Origin: Marsupella aquatica
Taxonomy: Eukaryota; Plantae; Marchantiophyta
Direction of reading: 5' to 3'
Length of the DNA: 64,000 bases
NCBI GenBank assembly: GCA_973895155.1
Contig: OZ316899.1
Coordinates: forward strand, 2,131,573-2,195,572
The translations under genes and the position numbers were made by a program. Position 1 is the stretch's first letter. Every line of letters begins with the position of its first letter. This document shows positions 36,501 through 49,414 of this stretch, in pieces. The notes under the pieces are model-generated. The model saw only the letters and a program-made list of their open reading frames with translations. It searched no databases and had not been told where the DNA came from.

Positions 36501-39500
36501 TCAACATCTTACAAAGTTTGACTTCTTTGCTATGAATTCTAAAGCATCCAAATGCAAGGAAGGGAGAAGAAATTATTTGCATTAAGTCACTCTGATACAG
36601 ATAGAGTTTCTCTCTACAAAGTGAAGCTCATTGTGCTGCAATCTACAACAATAGATTACATAATTCAGCTTTTAACTACATTGCCACCAAAGATGTGGCA
36701 AATTACAATACTGCCACTATTTTTAGAGTATTTATAATACTGCCACCCTTTTCGTATTCACGTAACCATAGAGAGAGGAAGGGTAACCATGGGTCAAGTT
36801 CCATCCCGCGGTGGACACCTGTTGAGTGCTAGTGCATTATGTTTGAATGTTCTATCCCCCGACTACAAGCTCACCGTAAACCACGTCAGTTTTAAACTAC
36901 CCTCCAAGTTGACCTTTCAACACAGCCTGAGCAGTATCCTTTGTGAGGGAAAGTTTGTTTGTGCACTCCAACATTAGCTGCGCAGTGGAGTTCAAGCAAT
37001 CTGGGCAGTGGATCGAGTTCGACCACTCTGGGTAGTGGAGTTGAGCGCGAGCAATCTGGGCAGTAGAGTTTGAGCCATCCGGACTGTGAGCGCGAGTCCC
37101 CCCACCAGGTAAACCTGTGCATTACTTTGCTTGTACATTGTGGATTATTATGCACACCATAGACACCAATACACTGGCAAGCTCACTTCCTTCTCACTGA
37201 TTGTGGGAGTGTAAATAACTCCCTATATAGTACATGGTATCGTGGTTATGTAATCGCCTCAACTCCCTATATACTAGGGTGAGTCTAGGTAATCAGGGTT
37301 AGGGTTTATCCCTTATAACACTCCCCCTTGGTTGGATGAAAAGAACTTTTCAAACAACCACAAAATATGGGGAGAAACTAACCCTTTTTGTTATAATCCT
37401 ATGATATGGCCCAAGTTTAGTATGGTCTCATTAAAACCATGCTTCAATCATGGAAAGAGTGCCACCACTATTACATGGTTGAGGGTCAATAATAGGTTAA
37501 GTTCTTAACATGTCTATGGAATCCAAAGAAAAGCTTATGCTGAAAGGTATATACTAGTATCTATACTACGATAGGTAAATGTGAAATACAAACAACTGTC
37601 TGTATTTCGTAAGGAAACAATATACTATCGAGCGAAGACCCTAATAGTGAAGTCGAAGACGACATATTTTGCATGGGCACGTTCGTTTGTATGGTTGACT
37701 TTTGTAATTTTGTTCCTGCAGGGTCAATCGAATGATGTATGTTCGTTGTGTCTTGGTGAACTTTGAGTTCTCATTCGATAATGGGGAAGATCGAGATAGG
37801 TCAATGGAGCAAAGAGCAAAGTTGAGGTTGGTGCGGGGCCATTGCGTTTCAAAATTTCTCGATGGAGCTCAAACAAAGTGCTTCAGCCATAAGGGATCCG
37901 ATGTCTTCCGGTTAGTAAGTATTCTTTGAGCTCGAGTAATTTCGATTTATGCATCGGTGCCTTGCAGTATTGATGCCATGCTCCTCATTCCTATGCCATA
38001 TGTATGCTCACGGTGGAGGGATGGCGGTAGGGGTTTTGTAAACAAATCTACCCTATTTTCTTTGCTAGGAATCCATTGCACATTGACCTGTTTGCCATGC
38101 TGTTTGTGTGTATAGAAGAATTTGGGCGCTATATGTTTAATTCGGTCCCCTTTGATGAATCCCTGCACTATCTGATTGACACAGGGTCGATTATCTTCAT
38201 ATATGATCGTCGGTTGATTAAATCGGGGTCTGCCTGTGTGTATGTGAATATGGTCGATCAAGTGGCGTAACCAAATGCATTCCCTAGTTTCCTCGTAGAG
38301 CACAATTATCTTTGCGTGATTAGAAGAAGTAGCTGTCAGTGTCTATTTGCAGCTTTTCCACAAGATTGCAGTTCCGCCTTGGAGAAAAACATATCCCGTT
38401 TGGGATTTTGCGTCGTCTGGATTTGAAAGGTACCCTGCGTCCGCGTATCCCACCAATAGGTTTTCTGACTGCTTCAGAAAGAATAGTCCCATATCAATGG
38501 TTCCTCGTAGGTAACAAAAAATGCGCTTGACACCATTCGAATGATGTATGGTGGGCTTTGCGCTATGGCGAGCGAGGAGATTCACTGCAAACGAGATATC
38601 AGGATGGGACTGTGTAGCAAGGTACATCAGGGCCCCTATTGCAGAGAGATAAGGTTTTTCCGGGCCAAGAATCATTTCTGGTTCAGTCCATTTCTTGAAT
38701 GTATCCTTATCAGGATCTGGGGATCTCAAATCCATAGGGGTGCTAACCAGGTGAGCAGAGTCCATGTTGAATTGCCTGAGTACCTTCTCCGTATAGGTAG
38801 ATTGGTTAATGAGTATTCCATTCGGTAAGTAATTGAATTGTAAGCCCAAACAATATGTGGGCTTTCCAATATCCCGCATTTCGAAGGTTGTCTTAAGTAT
38901 CTCAATTGTATGAGCTGTGATTGTTGTTGTGCCAAAAATGTTTATATCATCCACATAGATTGCGATAATCACGAAATCCTCTCCCTCCTGTTTGAGAAAT
39001 AGACAAGGAGCAATGTCGTCAGTAATGAAATTCAATGTAGGCATTTCAACTTTGAATCATTTGTACCATGTCCGTCCACTCTATCTTAAACCATACATGG
39101 AACGAAGTACCTGAACTGCAAGTTGTCTTCTAACTCTCTTTGTCTGAGTAGCAGGAGTAAGCGGTGAGGGAGATATCCGTTTCCTCTGATCGGATGTGTG
39201 CAGCACATCTCGCTGAGTCGGGACAGAAGGTCCGAGCTCCATTGTCAATGAATCCAAATCTCCTATAGGGCGAGTTTGGAGTACTCCAGGTTGCAGACCT
39301 GGGTTTATTCTACTTGTTTTCTCCCCCTCAATGTGGAACGTTAATCTCTTAATTAGTTCCGGGGGTGCGTGCATATATATTGTGGTATCAAGTATACCAT
39401 ACAGATAGGCAGTGATCGCGTCTAAAACATGCATGACGAGTTTGTGCAGGAGAGCATATGCGACGAGATATCTATATGTGATTGAATCCATCATAGGAGA

Positions 39501-40711
39501 GTAAGTTTGATCAAAGTCCCGGCCGGAAAATCTGGGTGTAGCCCTTCGCTACTAAGCGAGCTTTATGTCTGATCACTTCTCCTTTCGCATTGCGTTTCCT
39601 GACAAAGATGAACCTATAACCCGTGAGATGGGTACCTGCAGGAGCAGGTATAATTGGTCCAAAAACTTTTTGTTTTATAAGGGAGTCCAATTCTGAGTTT
39701 ATAGCTAGCTCCCATTGTGGCCAATCTGGTCGAGATTGGGCCTCAGCAATCGTTAGAGGATCTGGTGTATTGTTTGTGATCTCCTCAAAGATATTAAACG
39801 CAAATGTATCATTGACCTGTATTGTATCTCACTGCAATATTTTCCCAGTATGTACATAATTAATTATGATCTCCTCATTATCGGCCTGTCGTTGTAAAGG
39901 TGATACTGTAACTGGTATAACAGGGTATGGAAGGCCTGTACGCGGCAGTCTAGGGTGAGAGTCCCTGGATCCCAGAGGGCGACCTTGCTTCGCCCTTGAT
40001 GCAGCTTCAGTTGCTGGTGTAGACTTCCGAGAAATGCGAGCTGGTATGTTTGCTGCCTCTAAATGTGAGCGAGTGACCGTGGCTGCGTTGTTGAAGGCAT
40101 TTGGGAGTTTCATAAGCATCTGTTGTAGGTGGAGGACACGTTGTACTCCTTGATCTGCTTCTTTAGTGCGGTGGTTTTCAGTAAAAGGATGTATAGAAAA
40201 CCATTGTAAGTCCTTCACTTTTACCTCTCCATTTCTGTTTAGGTCTTCTGTAAGAGTTGGAAACTCATCTTCAAAGAAATTGCAGTCTTGGAACCGTGCT
40301 TTGAAAATGTCTATTGTTGAGGGTTCCAAGTATCTTATAATGGAGCGTGAGTTCATCCAACATAGATGCCTTGTTGTCTCTGTGGTCCCATTTTAGTTCG
40401 TTTAGGACCTAAAATTGGTAAAAGTACCAGGCAGCCGAAAGTCCGTAGATGTGTGATGTCAGGTGGCAATCCATATGCCAGGAAATGGGGAGTTTGGGAA
40501 TTAAATGATGATGGTCTCAATCTAAGGAGGGCGGCTGCATGTAGGACCGCATGGCCCCAGGCTGATGCTCGTAAGTTAGACTGCATCAGTAGGGGTCTGG
40601 CCACCATCTGTATACGCTTAATTACAGATTCAGCAATGCCATTCTAAAAATGAACATGTGCAACAGGATATTTAGTGTTGATACCTGCAGTTTCACAGAA
40701 GTCATCGAAAG

Positions 40712-43700
40712 TGTCGCGCCCCTAAGCCGAGCCTTAAATCCAGTTTAGTTCTATGGGGCGACCTTGACCACTAGTAAGGGTGAGGGTTTGGGCAAGGAGG
40801 TGTGTAGTGGCCACTATTAGCCCTAAGTCAGGCTAAATCGATATACTTATCGGTATAATATTTACGCAACTCAGACTGGTCATAGGTATATTTGTTTTCC
40901 ACCGCTGGAATATTCCCACAGTTAGTGACTTGGACTAACTCCCGGCTTGGGGCTTTCAAGCCATCGATGCGATAGAACCTTGTGACATGCAATGGGTGGC
41001 AATCCCTACCATTAGTCCGCACTCGGTACGTCCCTTGAAATGGCGCCTTTGCCCAGACAAAGCATGCCCCCAACACCAATTACTCGCGGAGACATTAGAG
41101 GGAGAAGACTACATTTACTTAGCGAAGAATCAGGTTACATAGTTGACTCAACTTCTAAGGGGGTTAGCAGGCCCAACGGCAATTGATGCCCAGTCTCTAT
41201 GAGGCCCCGCCTCGCACTTGCCCAGCAAGCTCAACTCTGGCTCTCGCTCCTTAGTGCACTCTGACCCTGCTCAGGCCGGGACTCCCCGTGCCTCGCCTTT
41301 CCTTGCGCTGAGATAACTCAGCCTTCTCCCCTTCCCCACAGAGGAGGGGAAGCCTAAATACCATGGTTGCAGAAAGGAACCGGAAGATACTACCTTCCGG
41401 GGTAATGCCTACTGACTAACTACCTTCTGGCTAGCCGGCCGCACTCCTCGATGGGCTGACCGTTGACGGCAAGGGTGCTGACTTGGACGGCAGCAGCTAA
41501 ATCTTCTGACCAAAATCTAGTCCGTTGATGGACTCTATCCTACGTTGGCTAATCTTAACTGATCCTGTCCTAATTCTTCCTACTGCGCCGCTACTCGGCG
41601 CCTAATGACAGCTATTATGTCGTTAAGCCTAATCAAAAAGATGTCGCTGACTCAACTGCCTCGCGCGGCGCCTGCTCCCACCCTTCGCTAACCACCTCTT
41701 ACGTGCGTGCTGTGGTTGGACCAGGGTTTTTCCCCCTGTCGGGGCGAGACCTCGAGCCGCCTTGATCAGAGGTGGGCCCAGGTCTGGCCCGCTGGAGGAC
41801 TAGCAGAGTAATGCGGTCCTGCAAGGCCTTGTTATCCTGGATCACCTCTCCCTCGTTTGCCGCCTCATCGGCCTCTGCTTGGAGCCGCGCTACGTCCAGA
41901 TTGAGCTGGTTAATGGAGTCACGATGGATCTGGTCCTACGCCAACAATTTATCCCGTTTGGCGGATAGACTAGCCACCTATTGAGCTATCTGTAGGAATT
42001 GGTTGTTGAGGTCGGTCAGGCTGGTAACCCGAGCCGAGGATTCTGAGCGCAACTGGAGCACGATGTCATCCAGTTTCTTGAGATCCGCTTGCGCCCCGCT
42101 CAACTCCTGGGTTAGTCCATCCCGTTGTTCGACGGTGCGGACTAACTCCTCACGACGGGCAGCGGCCTCCTCCTCAAGGTGTTCTACCAACATTTGGAGG
42201 CGCCCGATCTTGTTCTCCTTTGCCATGAGCTCTTCCTCCAAGCGGCTTACGATTCGTGGTTGGTGTTCTAACATGAAGAAGGCTGGTTGAAAGTACGCCG
42301 AAACTTGTTGTCCAATGTACGTCGCCAGCTCCTCGGACAGAGTCCGACTAAACTTTTGGACCAGGTCGTAGGCCATGATTCCCAGGGCTACCTGGTAGTC
42401 CTCCATCCTCTCGGGTACCGGCGGTTCCTCGGGCGGGGCAGCAAGCTCCTTCGTAGTCTGCAATGGGGAGGGGAAGGTTTCTTCAGGTGGTGGAGGGATT
42501 GGAGGTGGTTGTACTGGGGCTGGCGGAGGCTTGACGGGAGGGGGCGGCGGAATTTCAAGTCGGGGAGGTGACAAAGTATTAGTCGGGGCCTCTGGCTTGG
42601 GGTTTGCTCAAGGCGAGGTAGTCCGCTTGCTCGGGGTAGCCTCCTCCGTAGCGGGGGTGACCTTAGTCAGGGCTGAGGTGGCCATATTCTTTCCCCTGGC
42701 CTCCCGCCGTGCCTTGTACCAGGCAAGGATGATGGCGATATGACTTCCCAGGTAAGTCTTCCCCCCGATAGCCATACCTCCCTAAGCTTGCTTAAGCTCC
42801 CCCGAGAACCTACGGTAAAAGAATTGGGCCCAGTTCTGCCGCTTGAACTGTTCCACCTGTACGATCGTGCAGAGTGAAATCTCAGATCGTGGCTCAATCA
42901 TGTGTAGGGTAGTCCGTATGAAGTTAAGCTGCTCCATACAGATTAAGTTGGTGCACGACCCCTGCTTGTATCCGTTGTCTGTCTTACCCTCGGGTTTGAA
43001 GTGCCGAGGTGTGTACTCCTTATCCCAAATTCGGAGTTCAACCGACACTGGCCTGGTTGGCAGGCAGAAGATCTGTGCTAGCCGATGCTCCGTGAGTGAT
43101 AAGGTCTGCCCTAAAACCTTGGTGGTCGATGCGGTAGTGTCAAAATTGGAGATGAACTCACAAATCTCCTTCGGCCCGACTGCGCACGGTCTCCATAGCA
43201 AGTGAGCGAACTGCGCCAACTGATGCTCCTTGAGATAGTTTGCGTGGTCGAGTTTTTTGATCGGGATCCAGACTACCTCGAGGACGTGGATTACCTGTAA
43301 TAAGTTAGACTTTGGATTATCCGCGGGCCGTCGGGTCTGGTTGGTTGGGGGGTTCATCGGGGCAGGTGCAGGGGTGGCATTGGTTTGCGTTGTTGGTTCG
43401 GGGGCCGGCGTCGTTCTTGCCCGCTTCCGAGAATGCTGCTCAAGCTGCGGACTAACGCGCTCAAAACCCGAGGAACACTCGATGTTGTTCACTAGACGGA
43501 CTTGGGATCGGTTTGGTGGTACGCCGGTGGTCATCGGCTGAGGGGCTGGGGGTGGTGTCGGGGTAGCCATATCCCAATTGAAGGCGTTGGAGCTTTCCCC
43601 GAGGAACGTAAGGTTACGCGCCGCTTCTCGTTGTCTGCTGATGTCTTCTTCTCGTTTCTTGGCTGCAATCTGCTGGTCGATGTATCCCGGAATCTTGTCA

Positions 43701-44554
43701 AACTCCGTTGGAGTCAGTCTCTGGCTGCCCCTCAGCCTAAAGAACTTTGCGGGGACTTCAAGAATCGCCTCTGCCACCGATCTGAACCCTTCCTTCCTGA
43801 TATATTGCTCGGTGATGTAATCCCGTAGCTCGTTGTAACTGGAATCCCTGGTGATGGCCGTCTTCTCATAGTTAACCTGTGCTACTTTGGCCACCAGCTT
43901 CGCGTATCTTTGTTCGTAAGTGGCTTTCTCGAGGCAAGAGTACCAGTAAGTCACAGAGAGTTTAGCACCAACCTCGCCAAACAAGGTCCAAAATCCCAAG
44001 GCTGTAAGGGTCATACTAACCTCTGTAGTCTGGTTTGTCGAGTCCGTGTTCCCGCCCGGTCAGTCCGCTTGCTGGTGGAGGCCTTACTCGCCCTGACTAA
44101 ATCTCGCCACAATCCGCTCTTATTCCTCTATAATTTCCTTGTAAAGGTCAGCTTGATTCGAGCCAGAGGCGAGAGTGAATGGCAGCATCCACGAATCCCA
44201 AAAGGTAGAAATGAGAAAATGGCCCACAACGCCATCGACTCCGCTCTTATAGGGGTGCCAGGGTGAGCTCAAGCGTGAGAGGGCAAGGCCATTTTGGTTG
44301 TCGATAATGAGTTGAAGTTGGCCTCTCGGTCCAAGCGTGATTCTCCTATCCGCCGCTGCCACCGTACCTCGGTCGAGCGTAATAATCCTCCTCCTTAATT
44401 TGTAATCATTCGGTCAACTAACCTACTCCTAATCTATTCATAATGGCAAAGACGGCTATTCGTGTTATTCTACGCTACGGCTACGGTCCTAATGACCGTA
44501 TAAATCCTAATCTATGACCTGCATTTGGTTAAGTGACACGTTGCCTGTGTCACA
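40712..44554 (-). mobile_element. 3843-bp solo LTR inserted into the Bianca integrase
   Basis: TG...CA ends flanked by GAAAG / AAAAG (TSD with one mismatch). Removing it restores EFTSKTF|DDFCETAGI. Its end (ttaaggctcggcttaggggcgcgaca) resembles the end of the 21090 LTR. Confidence 0.9.
41699..44014 (-). pseudogene. 771-codon LTR-encoded ORF homologous to 31417-34068
   Basis: One reading frame with four internal TAG/TGA stops (42782, ~42609, 41978, ~41933) and no frameshift. Shared blocks: LSLTEHRLAQIFCLP / MSLTEERLKMIFGLP, LHMIEPRSEIS / LHMMEPRGEIS, IGGKTYLGSHI / IGGKAYFASHI. C-terminal coiled coil. Confidence 0.85.
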
Positions 44555-47355
44555 AAAAGTTTTTGATGTAAATTCCCCCGCGTTATCAACTCTGATTTTT
44601 TTGATTGGGTTCTCTGGGAATTGATGTTTTAATTTCAAGATATGTGATAAAATCCTCGGGAAAACAAGATTCCTGGTGGAAAGCAGTGAGACCTGTGACC
44701 ACTTGGTGGAGGCATCTATGATAACCAGGAAATATCTGAATGGGCCAGAAGGAGGGTTGATTGGGCCACAGACATTTGCTTGTATCCTCTCTAGGAATTG
44801 TGGGATCTGATGTATTGTCTTTGATGGTGATGGACGAGTCACCATTTTCCCTTGTGAGCATGCTATACAAGGTCTGATATATGCTGAGGGGTGAACGCCT
44901 TGAGGTATACCAACGGTAGCTTTTAAGATATTGTTGTACATAGTTGTACCAGGATGTCCGAGACGATTGTGCCATCTTTGTGTTAAGGTAAGTGGGGTGA
45001 TCTCCGTATGATAAGAATATATTTGGGTGATGTAGAGTCCGGGAGGATATATGGGTAGTATTTTGCAGACTAATCTCCCTGATTTGGTGTTCTCTAGGAT
45101 ATGCAAGACTTCACGGTTTCCACAGGTGTCTGTGTGAATATGAAATCTGTTAGCACGTGTGTCACTAAAACTTATAAGGTTTCTAGTGGCCCGTGGTGCA
45201 TAAATTGCTGAGTCAATTTGAATAATTGTTCCCTTTGGAAATCTGACTTTTGCTGGACCATAACCTTCCTCTATGTAATTAGATCCAGTGATTGTTGTCA
45301 TGGATCGTTGGGATGGGGTTATATTGAGGAAGTAGTCTTTGTGGCGCAGGATTGAATGAGATGTGCCACTATCAACAATACAATTGTGATGATCGTCCAG
45401 AAGAGAGGGATTAGATCCTAATCGGGCAGTATGGACCTCAGGTGCTACTTGGCCTGGTGCATAGTCCTCAATGTTATCTGTAGTTTCCATGTAGTTACCA
45501 TAGGCTTCATTACTGGGTGTTTCCATGCTTTGCTTGTAAAGTTTGACTAGATGGGCAGGTACTCGACAATCTCTTTGTAAGTGTCCTTTTGTGCCGAACC
45601 TGAAACATTCTGCAGAGTTATTGTTCTCTCTTATCCAATTATTGTATCCCCTTCCGCGGCCTCCCCCTCAGCCTCTGTCTCTGTATCCACCACCTCGTCC
45701 TCATTGTCCACCTCTTCAATTAAAATTTCCGAAGGTTTGGCCTCCCCTTTTAGGTTGATCATTGCCCCTGCCTTGTTGTTGATTTCTGCCTCGGCCATAG
45801 GTTCGTCCTTTCCACGCCCTCTGCCTCTTGCTCTATCGTTCTATTGATTGAAGTTGATTTCAGGTTTAGGTGGGGGTGTGGCAGACCCTGGTGGGCAAGA
45901 TTTTGCATTTTCTAGGAGGAGTAATTGATGCTTCTCTGCAAGAAGCATATGAGCAATGAGGTCTCAATATATTGTAAATCCCATATTTTTGTATTGTGAT
46001 GCAAGGAGGAGATTTCCCGCGCTGAACGTTGATAGGGTGCGTTCAATTTGCTCGTCGTTGCCAACTGGGTGGCCACAGACTGCCAGCTGTGAAATAATTT
46101 GGAAGAGTTCGCCATTGTAATTGGATATGGAAGTATGGTCCTGTACCCGCAAATTTATCCAATCATGGCGGGCGGCTCGCAGGGAAACCAGTCGCATGTG
46201 ATCAAACCTTAATTTTAGATCCTCCCAGAGGATTCAGGGGTTAAATTGATTTAGGTATTGGATCTTTAGTGGCTCTGCAAGATGGTGACGTATAAAGATT
46301 AATGCTCTTGCCTTTTGCTGTAAAGTTAGGCCTGCATCAGTTAAAATTGCGTCTTGAAGGTCTTTTGATGCAAGATATGCTTCAACGTCTAGTGACCATG
46401 ATAAATAATTTGCGCCATCAATGGTTAGGGCCTTAAATTGAAGCTTCTCGATCGAATTCATGTTCATGAGTCTACTATGTTTATGATGATCAGAATATAA
46501 ATTGAGTTATATTCAGGAATCTAAGAGTTATGATCTGCCTGGATATTGTAAAATTCAGCGTTGTTAAACTGGCCTTGAGACGATAATTCAAATGCAAAGG
46601 AATTTTGAGAAACTTCCTTGTGTTGATCAAAGGTGCAGGATCTATCGTGTATATTGGTGTCTAGATGCTTGCGCTCCTATTTCTTCAATTTTTGATTTTG
46701 TGCATGTATATCGGATTTTGATTCACTCAATAATTCAAAGTGTGCAACTTGATTCGATGAATATGGCTAGATAAAAAAAATGTTACATGCTACGAGTCAC
46801 TGGCCATAAGCTTCATTCCGTGGAAGGATGAGTAATTGAAAAACAAATATGCTCAGATTGGAGAGTCGTGCTGATAATGTATTATGCACACCATAGACAC
46901 CAATACATCGGCAAGCTCACTTCCTTCTCACTGATTGCGGGAGTGTAACTAACTCCGTATATAGTACATGGTATGGTGGTTATGTAACCGCCTCAACTCC
47001 CTATATACTAGGGTGAGTCTAGGTAATCAGGGTTAGGGTTTAACCCTTACAACATGGATGACTTTTTCACAACTTGGTTTCTCATTTTGTGACTTGAAAT
47101 CCTACAAAAATTGGTGGTCGTAGAGTTTACATTAGTGTCACATAGCTCAAACGATGCAATTGCCAGTTTGCTCAGTACCGCGCACATTGCTTTCTCGTTC
47201 ATTTTATTTTGTGAACTCATTTGCCACGACTCCTTGGACCACACAATAGCTAGTTCATATTCATACTCCTGCCCCCACTCCTTATAAGTCAATGCTCTGG
47301 AGACCTGTCACTCCGACTGGAATCAACCATGACCTTTAAAGTTTTGTTTTCCAGG

Positions 47356-47500
47356 CGCAACAAAGCTGCCTCTGCTCCATCAATTATTTACGCAATGGAG
47401 CTACCTCTACTCCATCGATTATTTGCGCAATGGAGCTGCCTCTACGGAATTAATTCTTTGTGCAACGGAGCTGCCTCTACGGAATAAATTTCTGCAATAG
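47356..47500 (+). repeat. 35-bp tandem repeat, four units
   Basis: cgcaatggagctgcctctac...attatttg at 47356, 47391, 47426 and 47461. Confidence 0.9.
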
Positions 47501-47699
47501 ACTTCGACAGTCCTGCAACATAGGTTGGATAGCACCTCCATCCAACCATCAATGCAGCATTTTTGGTCTTGAATCCTTGAATGATGTAGTTCCTGAATTG
47601 TGAGGCTGAGGACTTCAGGTACTCTGCGATGAGACTTGCTCACCCTTGGTACATTGTGGTATTAGTGACTCATGTTCATGTCATGTGCACTTTGTACAT

Positions 47700-48540
47700 A
47701 GCACATCCAAAATGGCTACTGCGTCTTCCAATGTTAGTGGCAAGCTTGCCAAAGTCACAAATTACAACCCACTGCAAGACATAGTGGAATCATTGCGTAA
47801 ACGGATCGATCCTGCCTTCAGGCTTCAATGGGATAGGTATGTAAACTCCTGCATTAGCTTATGCAGCTAGTTTAAATTCATTGAAGTATTGGACACATTA
47901 TTTGTGTATGGTGCCTCTGTTTTTCTCCGCAACTGGTTTTTTGTGCAATGTGCACTAAGTTCGAATACTATGGAATTTTTCTTAACCATTATTTCTCTTG
48001 TGCTTCTCTTTCGGGTTTCTAGTGGGCAATTCCATAGAATCTTGTTGTTTTACATCACAAGCTATGAAAGATTATATAGTAGAGTATCACACCTTTGTTG
48101 CCAATCCAAAATGGAATTGGAAGCTTGTTCAGTCCACACGGGTTGACATGACCAGGGCCTGGGTACGTCCTACTCCATTTGAGTTTTGGGCAGTGGAGGA
48201 GAGCAACAACATTGGGCGGGCATTCACTTTCCGTTTTGAGGATTGCAAAATTGGCCAACAGCAGAAGATCTAGATTGGAAATCCAACCGAGATTTTAGGA
48301 GAAGGGAAGGTCTTCAAAGATGGTGACCTTTGCTACTATTTTCGAGAGGAGCCTGACTGTCTGCTTGTCACTGAATTGTACTACCTGGAGACTATCACTG
48401 GCAAGAAAGGTTTTGTTGTGTTTGGCATTCATAAGGGGGTAGCTCAGAATGTCAAAGTTTGGAAATCCACTATTTCCAACCTACTAGCCGTGCATTATTT
48501 CCATGAGCAGCCAAGAAGCTTTAAGGTGTACGAGAAGTAG
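47700..48540 (+). pseudogene. Spliced gene fragment of unknown function, probably TE cargo
   Basis: Exon-like MATASSNVSGKLAK..FRLQWDR|gtatgt and a second segment AMKDYIVEYHTFVANPKWNWKLV..FEFWAV..FTFRFEDC..*IGNPTEILGEGKVFKDGDLCYYF with an internal TAG. Confidence 0.35.
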
Positions 48541-49414
48541 ATTGTACCCTACCTTACAGGCTTCGTCATTCTCATACTATAGTGGTGTTAGAAGAATATC
48601 TGTGGCCGCATATATAGCTCAGGTAGTTTGTAGCCGCACAAACATCAGACTTTCGAGGCAGACTTTTGTTCTTACACTTGCTTCGCTGCCTCCAAGACTA
48701 TTTTGACTATTGCAATGTTAGTTGCTTGGTCTTTTTCAATGAAACCCCAAACACTTTTGTTGTTTGTGTACGTATTTACAATGTTGTTCATATAATGAAA
48801 GTGCAAGAGTCTGTTTTTAGAGTTCTGTAATACACAACACATCCCTGAACAGATCTTTGTGTGCCTCTGTTTTTCCATATGGTCGACTTTCATTTGTTGC
48901 ATTGCCTTTGCAATGTAGTTATGCTTAGGTATTGTATGAAAGTTTATGGAACGAAGGCAAGCAAATTGTTCGTTGTTTTGTTTTCATGTTTAGAGTGAAC
49001 ATCCAGATCAAAAACTGCCCACACCTTACACATAGGAGTCCATCATCCATCATCAGAGTCAATACAAATAAAGCGTAAGTGTGAAGTCCCAGGGTGTACA
49101 AAGTAGTGAGATTGGCAAGAATTTTATCATTCATTGTCACATTCATTGCCAAAAGCAAACAACACCAGGGCCACATAAGAACCCATGTTCACAGTCACTC
49201 TGAACAAAATGTATCTTGCCAGTCCAAAATATGTTTATGATTGTAAGCAAAATCCTTCAGAACAACTGGCTAGAAGGGCACTAAATGAACCTGTGGCGCA
49301 TTTTCCAAGATCTCTAACCCCAAGAACTACCCTCAGTCGATCATAAACCACTATGCAACAAGCCCAACTCAATTCAAACAATTGCTCAGAAATCCAAGGG
49401 AACTGGTGGTTTAC

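Larger units (their letters stand above)
37947..46467 (-). pseudogene. Bianca gag-pol (Gag, PR, IN, RT, RH), interrupted by a solo LTR, with stops and frameshifts
   Basis: Gag LQFKALTIDGANYLSWSLDVE..ALIFIRHHL; PR CIVDSGTSHSILR; IN WHNRLGHPG, IRVDNAGEF; RT IYVDDINIFG; RH VGYADAGY, IYEDNRPC. Confidence 0.93.
37146..47054 (-). mobile_element. Bianca-type Ty1/copia element, complete, with TSD TGGAT
   Basis: 175-bp LTRs at 46880-47054 and 37146-37320 (about 9 mismatches), with TG...TA termini on the minus strand. TGGAT lies at 37141-37145 and 47055-47059. PBS TTATCAGCACGA (46866-46877) and PPT CCAAGGGGGAG (37321-37331). Confidence 0.92.
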
